DNA of 64,000 nt from Balanoglossus misakiensis. Taxonomy: Eukaryota; Animalia; Hemichordata. The notes under the pieces were generated by a model. It was not told the origin of the DNA and did not search any database. It was given only the letters and a program-made list of their open reading frames with translations. The position numbers and the translations under genes were made by a program. The DNA is taken from contig CM082587.2 in NCBI GenBank assembly GCA_040954595.2, positions 10,731,403 to 10,795,402 on the forward strand. Direction: 5' to 3'. Shown piece by piece: positions 55,442 to 64,000 of the stretch. Position 1 is the first letter of the stretch. Every line of letters starts with the position of its first letter.

Positions 55442-55584
55442 ATGTGAATCTTGAAAATTGGCCATACCAGCAACCATACTTGTGTAGAATGTTCCAAATG
55501 AACAGGTACCATCAGTTGGTGTCTCAATGTACTTCTCACAAGTTGCGTTTACAAAAGTCTCAAAGGTTCCACAATCTCTACTGA
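55442..55584 (-). CDS. Expansin-like module 1, exon A (DPBB N-part)
   Basis: 143 nt; SRDCGTFETFVNATCEKYIETPTDGTCSFGTFYTSMVAGMANFQDSH. Confidence 0.8.
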
Positions 55585-56284
55585 CTGCAAAATCAACAAC
55601 ACAAGCAAGATATTCTTTGCTGCAAGAAGAGTTAATATCCTAAAATGGGTTTGTGTGGTACATTTTCTAATCTGGTGAAATGTGTTTGTGTGTAAGCTTT
55701 TATCATTTATTTACAGGTATGGGACCTTGTACAGTGGTGATATACCATCTACAATGAAGACCAATTGATGATGTACAGAAGAGAAATTTCCTGATTTGTG
55801 CTGCTTTCTGATACTGAAACACATATCGACTAGCCATGTTCGGATAACAGCATACGTTTGTGTCCCCTCGGGAATGCAAATTACCCCCAAAACAATCTGT
55901 TTCCATCGGCCTTCAGCCTCTAGAAACAGACTGTTCTGGGTTGACTCACAGTCCCTTAGGGAAACAAATGTATGCTGTTGCCCTCACTGCCAGTCAATAT
56001 GCACAGTTTATCGGTACACACACACATTCAGCAGAAGCCATAATATTGTTCAGTAATTGCAATGTATATTTTTTACTATATATGTGACAATGGGGCAAGA
56101 CTTGACTAGCGCTATGCTATGTTTCTTGCTCCATATTGCCAATGTAAAAAATTAGATATACTGGTATACGGTATTAAGTATTTACCATTTCTCTGCCACA
56201 AAATATATTCCTTTCTTAAATTGTGGCAATAAAAGGACAAATACTGATATGAATACGAATTATACGAATACACAGTATAATTAC

Positions 56285-56443
56285 CTGTTGATACATCATG
56301 AGAAGGTGTCACTGGTTTTGTTGTTGATATTTTAGTTGAAAGTGGTGCACTAGTAGTTTCAGATGTTGTAAATTCTTTATCTGAATCTGTCGTTGGTTTT
56401 CTTTCAGTCACAGTGATTGCCTGCGTTGATGGCGCCTCATAAC
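56285..56443 (-). CDS. Host exon: Thr/Ser-rich linker
   Basis: 159 nt; ends KISTTKPVTPSHDVSTG, as do the duplicated mucin exons. Confidence 0.75.
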
Positions 56444-57044
56444 CTGCATATGGAAATCAAGTCATTCTGCATTAAAATATGTGAGATTCCATAGATCTCA
56501 CTAATGATTATTTAATATCAATTATTTAATATAACTATATGATAAATAACTTGACTGGAATGGAATTTGGATTTTATTGCTACATTTTGCTACACAACCT
56601 ATTACTGATGTACACACAGAACGTAAACTTGTAAACTGCGCAAATTCGTGCACATTTGTCTCTTCGCATGGGATTAGATTGATATAAACTCACTACTATT
56701 GTCATTTTCATGACAATTTAGCTCAGTTAAATGAAAATAAATTCATTGGTCAAATAAAATTGTATGGTCACCACAGTCTATTCAGAGATAAATATCGTTA
56801 AATGTTTTTGGGTGAAGAAATGCTGACTCAGCTGTTTGTTTGTTTTTCAACTACACAAGGCCATGACTAAATTCAAGCATGGTGACCCCTGTATTATACA
56901 GCTTTTCATTATGCTAACAAATGAGAAACCAAAAATCCACAATTAAAAGAAATGAGATACTTTCACTTCCACTGAGAGGACATCTGTAAAGTAAACTTGT
57001 CATATTGTTTTCAGATATTCAGTGGATGTTTGTACTTGACGTAC

Positions 57045-57344
57045 CTGTTGCATCTCTTGTTTGAGCATCAGTGTGTACTCTTGCCGTCGTGGTTACCAAA
57101 TCATCTGTGTGTACTTTTGTCGCCGTGGTTGCCACATCATCTGTGTGTACTTTTGCCGTTGTGGTTACCATGCCATCTGTCTGTGCTCTCTTGGTGGTTC
57201 TCATAACATCTGTGTCTGCAGCTGCTGTGGAGATTTTCATCCGCAATGTGGTCACTTCTTCCTCTTCTGTTGCCGCTCTATCAGTTCCATCCATTTCTGT
57301 CGTCCCAAGCTCTGCAGTTGACATGTCTGTGACCGTTTCCGTTT
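57045..57344 (-). CDS. Host exon: Thr-rich mucin-like stalk
   Basis: 300 nt, phase 1-1; repeated VHTDD..TT.T units; acceptor position less certain. Confidence 0.7.
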
Positions 57345-57553
57345 CTATGACAATGGAGGCAATAGAGGTTATGCTGATTGAATTCTGTTTGTCAAGTTTC
57401 ACTTCAACATTCAAATAGCTTTTAAAGCCTCTCTGTTGTTTTGGAAGCGGGCATTCTGAACCATTTCTCCATATATCACACTACATGAACATAGAAGTTA
57501 TCACGGTACTGTTTCAGCACACCACGATGTTTATAACAACAGTATATACACAC

Positions 57554-57733
57554 CAGTAGTTGTAGTAGAAGGTGTTGTTGGCAACACAGTCACAACATCT
57601 CCTTCACACATCAAAGGGTTTGGATGGCTTGGTGTGAATCCATAGTCACAACTGAATGACACTATAGAACCAATGTCGAAATCATTGCCATGTCTCTGAC
57701 CGTTGACTGGTGTACCAGGATCTTGACATTCTC
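57554..57733 (-). CDS. Host exon: N-terminal part of a CCP domain running into a Thr-rich linker
   Basis: 180 nt; ECQDPGTPVNGQR...VSFSCDYGF...LMCEGDVVTVLPTTPSTTTT; no terminal W or Cys4. Confidence 0.85.
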
Positions 57734-58149
57734 CTGAGGTCAAGAAGCAAAGTATCTTATCAATATTAAATCATCAACTCAGACAGAAGTCATTCCTTAC
57801 AAAAACATTCTATATACATCATTCTACAGAATTCATTAGCCTTTTGAATTTCTATATAAGTTTAAATAATTTCTATGGACATCTATATATTTGTATGTAG
57901 TTTTCGAAGTTGCTTAAAATGTTTTTCGGAAATAACGATGCAGTGAAATACAAGAAAGTGAAAAAGTAGTAGTCGCAGTGTAACAGTCGCCTTTTTTGAT
58001 ATTGCGAAAATGTCTGGCCCAAAAATTCCCCATTTTACACTGTATTCAAACAACACATTGTGTGTGAATGTCATGAATTTCATCAGAGTATAACTATTAT
58101 CAAACAGAAGTGATTGCTTCTCTGAAAGAAATATTCTTTTCTACGTTAC

Positions 58150-58330
58150 CCTGAGCAACACATCTTGGTCTGGTGCCATTCCATGTTCCATCTTCAGTGC
58201 AATATCTCCTGGTGTTACCAAGTGCTTCATATGCCATGTTACACTGGAGTGTAGCAACACTATCATACCAAGTGCCATCACTATTCCCATGAGCCATCTT
58301 CAATCGCAGTCAACAAACCACAGTCAACAC
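58150..58330 (-). pseudogene. Host exon: CCP domain with +1 frameshift
   Basis: 181 nt. VDCGLLTAIEDGSWE runs into TAG; the domain (NSDGTWYDS...CTEDGTWNGTRPRC) continues in another frame. One extra base in the CCC run at 58286-58288. Confidence 0.75.
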
Positions 58331-58434
58331 CTAGAAATAATAATAGTGAGTTCTTATATAGCGCACATATTTTCTTTGAAGTATTGAAGCCTGTTTCTAT
58401 TGAATTCTATAGAAATGATAGAATCTATAGAATG

Positions 58435-58638
58435 ACAATTCAGAGTTTTGCCGTGGTGATCTTCGGTACAATATGCATTAAAGTTATGTAGCACTCTTTG
58501 ATCAACAGTTGAAATTACAGCATGAGCTTGGAATCTTCCACGAGTTCATCTGAAGAAGGGGACTACATGTTCCCGAAAGCTCATGCTGTAGTTTCAACTG
58601 TTGATCAAAGAGTGTTACATAACTTTAATGCGTATTGC
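58435..58638 (+). mobile_element. Penelope-like inverted pseudo-LTR insert
   Basis: 13-bp direct repeat aatctatagaatg at 58422 and 58639; ~60-bp inverted arms. Confidence 0.65.
58547..58585 (+). ncRNA. Minimal type I hammerhead ribozyme-like motif
   Basis: cat-CTGAAGA-a-ggggac(tacat)gttccc-GAAA-gc-TC-atg. Confidence 0.55.
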
Positions 58639-58704
58639 AATCTATAGAATGCAAAAGAATTCTAAGGAATATAAGGTATAGCATTATTCATTCCTGTTAC
58701 TTAC

Positions 58705-58899
58705 GTTGACAGACAGGAGGAGAGGAATTCCATCGGTAATCACCATCTTGACTGCTGTAGGTACACACTCTGACATGGCTACCATATAAGTTGTATCCAA
58801 TGTCACAACTATAGGTCACTTCACTCTGATAGTTGTAGTTGGGATCATTGACCTCGTAGCTGCCATGATCAATACTCTCTGGTTCACTGCAGACAGCAG
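58705..58899 (-). CDS. Host exon: CCP domain
   Basis: 195 nt; VCSEPESIDHGSY...VTYSCDIGYNLYGSHVRVC...WNSSPPVCQ. Confidence 0.85.
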
Positions 58900-59166
58900 C
58901 TGTAGAAAATACACGTAGAGTTGAGTTGAAGGAAGAGCCTGGGATAAATCTGTAATCACTTTTTAAGGGACAAAGTCTCTCTCTCGCTGCCCTTTTTCCA
59001 TTAATTATATTTAATACAAGACACCGTTTGTGTTATTCTACATGTGGATATGTAGTGAATCAACGTTCAACCACACACAACTTCCATACGCCAAATTCTA
59101 TTGTTCTCGATGTCAGATGTATAATAATATCAAGGTTTTCTGATTAAAAAAAAAATATTGACTTAC

Positions 59167-59385
59167 GTGTGCAAGTTGGAAAGTCCGCATCATACTGGCC
59201 TTCCACTGTACACAACAGGGTGGACTGTCCATTCAGTTGAAAACCCTCCAAACAATAGAATGTAATGGTGCTATTGAACTCCACCAGAATATCACCAGTT
59301 TCCTCTATGTTCCAGACTAGGGATCCTTCACGTGGATTTGGAATAGGGATTGGGTTGGAAATGTTGGGTACAATACACGTCACGG
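59167..59385 (-). CDS. Host exon: CCP domain
   Basis: 219 nt; FYCLEGFQLNGQSTLLCTVEGQYDADFPTCT. Confidence 0.85.
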
Positions 59386-60309
59386 CTGTACAAGATTAGG
59401 AATAAGAAGAGAATATTGGTGAAGTACACACAAATTAATATATGTTTTTATAGAATGACAAACTATAGCCATTACATAGAACACTAAATGTCAATCTTCG
59501 TACTATTCGTACATGAAACTTTTCTTTCAAATACAACTTACAGACCAACATAGACAGTCATGCTTATATAAGTATGACTATCTATTAAAGTAACATTTAC
59601 CGGTATATCATGATTGTTGTTTTACACTGTGTTTTCAAAGTAATAATTGTTGCAGTAAACCAATTGCCTTGCTTGGAAATATTAAAAGGGTAGTACTGTT
59701 CAGCTGGTTTATGCATAATTTCTACACAATGTTTTTTTCTGAAAGAATGACCTCAAAGCTACCCAATTATGTAGCTGAACCGGACTTCCCCTTTAAATGC
59801 TACCAGTGAGCTTGTTTGTCTTTGTAAATACACTCAAGTATTAATCCCCTTTTCCTCAGAATTCAATGCATGTTCATGCCATAAGGTGAGAGCACACTTT
59901 TGTTAGCAGGAGAGAAACAAATCCAAAATGAATAATAACGGTGCAAAGTTGGTCTGCTGAGTTTCTCCACATTTCATAACTGAATTACGGCAAAATTATG
60001 AAATCCAATTATGAAATTCAGCCATTTGTCCAATTTTTGTCGCTGCAAATTCATTGCGGTATAAAGGTCAATAATATGACAAATATTGGTTAAAGGTATA
60101 CAGTCACCTCCAATTTATATATGCCCATATATGGCTGAAATGGCGTATTAGAGCCTTCTAAAGAACATATCGTGGCGCTCTTTTTTCACGTGTACCTCCC
60201 ACTGAAAGTCTGTGATTGGCTAGATTTCAATTTTCCATGGTTACTATTATAGCTAATTTTCCATGGGTGATCATATACCTTTAACTCTATAGTTTAACAT
60301 GATACTTAC

Positions 60310-60495
60310 GAACACATGATTGGTTAAAAGTGTAGACATCATACATTGAGAGACCAGTTTCTCCAGGTGGCAGATAGAATCCACCTGTGCCGTTATTTGC
60401 ATATAAGAGATAGCCTTCTTCACAGGAACATTGAAAACCACCTGCAGTGTTTTTACAAAGTTGATCACAAGAATGTGAAGCACATTCATTTATAT
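60310..60495 (-). CDS. Host exon: cbEGF with uninflatable-type insertion
   Basis: 186 nt; DINECASHSCDQLCKNTAGGFQCSCEEGYLLYANNGTGGFYLPPGETG...FNQSCV. Confidence 0.88.
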
Positions 60496-60949
60496 CTACA
60501 AAGTAGTAAAGAAGGAACATGGGTTGGATTAAAAAATTGCATTAAGGATGTACGTTCAGTAATTTGTGCCACACCTTTCCAAAAGTGTCTGATCAGTGTA
60601 AAATTCAGCTGAATTTAGGGGGGGGGGGAAATCAGTGAAAAATTCAGCAATTTTTGGGAGAAAAAAAATCTGTGAAATAATTAGTTGAACATTTCCTTCT
60701 ACAAAACAGTTCAGCTGATATTTTAGAGAAAACAGATGAACATTTCCAGGAAATGACTGTTTTTAGGTTGTGAATGAACTTAAAAGATAAATTATGATAA
60801 AGTTGTGTCAAGGTGATGGCAACACTTATGTCTGTTGAAGAAAATGTAAAATTACAAGGAAATTCTGAAAATTTATCCAGATAGTTTGGAATGTGTTAAA
60901 TGTGAATAGTGACTTGAAGTTATGTTGTATGTGACTGGTTATGTCTCAC

Positions 60950-61078
60950 CTTTGCATGCTGTTCCATTCACATCCGGTTCAAATCCCACCAGACATGCAC
61001 ACTGATAGTCACCATCTCTATTTTCACAGACTTGATTGATTCCACATGGTGCCACCAATGTACTACATTCATTGATAT
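60950..61078 (-). CDS. Host exon: calcium-binding EGF
   Basis: 129 nt; DINECSTLVAPCGINQVCENRDGDYQCACLVGF. Confidence 0.88.
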
Positions 61079-61890
61079 CTGAAATGCTATTCATCAAGAT
61101 ATGATCAAAATCCCAGAGGTCCAAGGGGAAAATTCGGACCAACAAGTTTAGCTGGGTATTAGACCAACGGGAAATTTTCGCAAACAGTAAATTTTTACGC
61201 TAGAGAGCCAAAAAAGACGTAGTGAAAATAAAAATTCGCTTAAAAATGTTTTTCAGTGATGACAATGCAGTGAAATACGAGAACATGAAACTTAATCGTC
61301 TCGTAACAGTTTCTGCTTTTTATATCGCGAAAATTTCCGGTCGCAAAAATTTCCTGTAGCGATAAAGGGCACTTATATGAGGATATTAAAACTCAGGGGG
61401 TGGGGGTGAGGGGTGGGGGAATTATGCAGTCACGCACTGGTCGAACAATTGGAGGTTTTAGAATAATTAATTATCCAAAGATTAGTGGGTGGTCAAACTA
61501 ATGGAGCAGTCGAATTACTGGAGTGATTACAATAACTCAGGCCAAAAAATGAAATGTTTCTGGTCAGCGCGCGGGTCACTTGAATAACAGCGCGTCACCC
61601 CCATTTTTTTCCTGGTTTGTGGTGGCGGCCACGGCAAACTCAAACTGCTTCAACTAGATATAAATCACAGGACACTTTGGGGCGTGTAATCAATGACTGC
61701 ATGAACAGTGTACATGTGACTATATTGATAAAAACTATAAAACTGACGGCCTTCCTCCCTTGAGGGAAATTTTTATTTTTAAATTTGCGTCCCCCCACCA
61801 GTTTTTAAAGAAGGGTCTGACCAGAAACATTTCCTTTTTTGGCCTAATAAGCAGACAACCACATGAAGACCAATCATGATGTGAACTTAC

Positions 61891-62073
61891 CAATGCATGA
61901 TGGTATTGCATCATTCCACTGTAAATCTGATTGACAAGTCAGGTAATCAGCACCATTTAATTCATAGCCAGCATCGCAATAGAATGTGATGTTGCTGCCC
62001 ATATAATATGGTCCACTATCTGGGACAGCTTGTAAATGTTGGTCTGTTATGAGTATGTCACTGCAGTTTAATC
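61891..62073 (-). CDS. Host exon: CCP domain
   Basis: 183 nt; LNCSD...FYCDAGYELNGADYLTCQSDLQWNDAIPSCI. Confidence 0.88.
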
Positions 62074-62394
62074 CTGCAAGGAAAAAAAAATAAAACATCT
62101 TTATGGATTATGTGGATTCAGACTTGGTTGTGGTATACCGGTATGTATCAGGTACCTGTATTGTGAAACAACTTTAACCTTTTCACCCCAAGTTCCCACT
62201 ATAAAAGTCCAGATACCATAGACTCCTATTATCGACTGAATTCATGGCTCTGTATTTCAAAAACAAGCACGGTGACCCGTATATTTTATTACTGATTTTC
62301 ATTATATATACAAAGGCGAATCCAAAAATCAACAATTAAAAGAAATGACCATACTTTCAATTTTAGTGAACGTACATGTCCTTAAATGACTTAC

Positions 62395-62577
62395 GTTGAC
62401 AGTATCCTGGATCTCCAATCCAAGATCCATCTTCACCACATGTAGAGACAGTGTAGCCAGTCAGACTGTAGCCAGATGGACATGAGTAGGCAATGGTTGT
62501 TCCAAAAACCAATGAATCACCATTAACAATTTCATAAGATAAGTAGTTGTCTACATTCGGTGGTGGACACTCACGAG
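62395..62577 (-). CDS. Host exon: CCP domain
   Basis: 183 nt; RECPPP...YSCPSGYSLTG...TCGEDGSWIGDPGYCQ. Confidence 0.88.
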
Positions 62578-63030
62578 CTGTTTGGGTAAGATGAACAGAT
62601 AACATCACAAGCGTGTTACTACTAGGAAAAAAGTTTAAAGGGACATTACATGTAGCTACAGTAACTTGTAATTGGCTTTATTTTAAGTACTGCAAAATGG
62701 GCTATTTTTCGCGAGCAAAACATTTCAGCGAAATACGCGAGAGCCAAAGAACATGAAAATAAAAAGTCGCGTAAAATGTTTTTCAGAGATAACAATGCAG
62801 TTAGTGATATATGAAAACGCGAAAATTAATCCTCGCATAACAGTTGCCTCTTTCGATATTGCGAAAATTTCCTGTTGCGAAAATAACCTGTTTTAGAGTA
62901 TTTTTTGTTCTCTGTACCAAATGCAATGTTTTGTTCTACTCCAAACAGTAGGCCAATATACCCTGTAAAATCCGTCTCCTACGTGTGCACTACAATGACA
63001 GTTTAATTGTTTTCAAAAATATCAACTTAC

Positions 63031-63210
63031 GCTCGCATTGGGGCACAAGCGGACCCCAGACACCATCTGCTTGGCATTCCAATGAAGTCACATTATTTAT
63101 AAACTGATGGCCCTCAATGCATTGATAATAAGCAATTCCACCATACACTGTACTGGTAACATTGGTAAGAATTCCACTGCTGCACTCAGCGGGTCCACCA
63201 CATGTTATTC
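63031..63210 (-). CDS. Host exon: CCP/sushi domain
   Basis: AG/GT-bounded 180 nt; ITCGGPAEC...YQCIEGHQF...LECQADGVWGPLVPQCE. Confidence 0.85.
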
Positions 63211-63262
63211 CTAAAAAATAAACAACAAATTAGTGTCATTCAAGTTGTTACTAACAATAGAT

Positions 63263-63597
63263 TCAAGGGACAAATTAAGTCTATCTCGCTGCCCCTTTTT
63301 CATTAATCATCTTTGATACAAGACACCATGGTATAGTGAAACAACATTCAACCACACACAAATTCCATCCCATTTATAGACACAAGAGTGAAAAACTCGC
63401 CAAAATGAATAATCGGTCTCTACCATTTACTCATTTTGGCGAGATTTTTACTCTCATTACTCAACAGTATGGAAGTTGTGTGTGGTCGAACGTTGATTCA
63501 CTATAAATGTATACCCACATGTAGAATAACATAAACAGTGTCTTGTATCAAACATAATTCATGGAAAAGGGCAGTGAGTGAGACTTTGTCCCTTTAA
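63263..63597. mobile_element. Palindromic aagggacaaa...tttgtccctttaa MITE (Kolobok-type)
   Basis: Partial copies at ~12290-12427, 14570-14735, 32930-33203, 58963-59090. Confidence 0.6.
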
Positions 63598-64000
63598 ATG
63601 TTCATAAAATATAAGTTAGATTGAATCATATCTTCACATTAATAATTCCCATCACAGAAATTTTACAGCTACACACAACATGACACCTGTACGAGAAGTC
63701 ATTAATTCCTACATGAGTTACAGTTCACATTGAGACGACTTTAGTTTTCTCCTAAACTTGACTGAACTGTGGAACAGGAAATGTAGGCTTGTTTACGCAC
63801 TGGAAATCAACAGGCAATGGGTTTCTAAAAATGTTTTTTTTTTCTTCTGAAAGAGTGACCTCAAAGCTACCAAATTATGTAGAAATTAGCTGGACCCCTT
63901 CTACTGGATTCGGTCCTACCAATTCTTTACTATCAATCACGTGATCTGGCCATGTGACCCACGGTGTTGTCATTTCCAGATGACGGGCAAACAATATTTC

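Noticed and set aside
39167-55584. Bacterial contamination as the source of the expansin-like sequence
   Set aside because: The modules contain spliceosomal introns with host MITEs and are in phase with flanking animal exons.

Overview
AT-rich, repeat-rich eukaryotic DNA, most likely from a marine invertebrate (inferred from gene and repeat content; species not determinable). About 52 kb (11091-63210, minus strand; the 5' end lies beyond the window) is one very large multi-exon gene. I traced about 57 exons by splice sites and phase (~12.6 kb coding, ~4,200 aa). It encodes an uninflatable/SVEP1-like single-pass membrane protein: CCP, cbEGF, HYR, SEA-like, GCC2/GCC3, EGF, LamG/pentraxin, TM and an NPxY tail. 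Unusually, it carries three tandem, intron-containing, two-domain expansin-like (EXLX/YoaJ-type DPBB + CBM63-like) modules separated by Thr-rich mucin stalks, apparently inserted inside a split CCP domain. This copy looks inactivated: two clear and one probable frameshift, one in-frame stop next to a lost splice acceptor, and two coding exons interrupted by transposons with open ORFs (a 5.8-kb piggyBac and a 2.4-kb Crypton tyrosine-recombinase element). A second piggyBac with an open ORF lies in an intron. Also present: a near-identical 3 x 2373-bp tandem array, LINE fragments, Crypton-type hairpin elements, many MITEs and a Penelope-like insert with a minimal hammerhead ribozyme core. Coordinates were read by eye and family assignments come from recalled motifs, not database searches.
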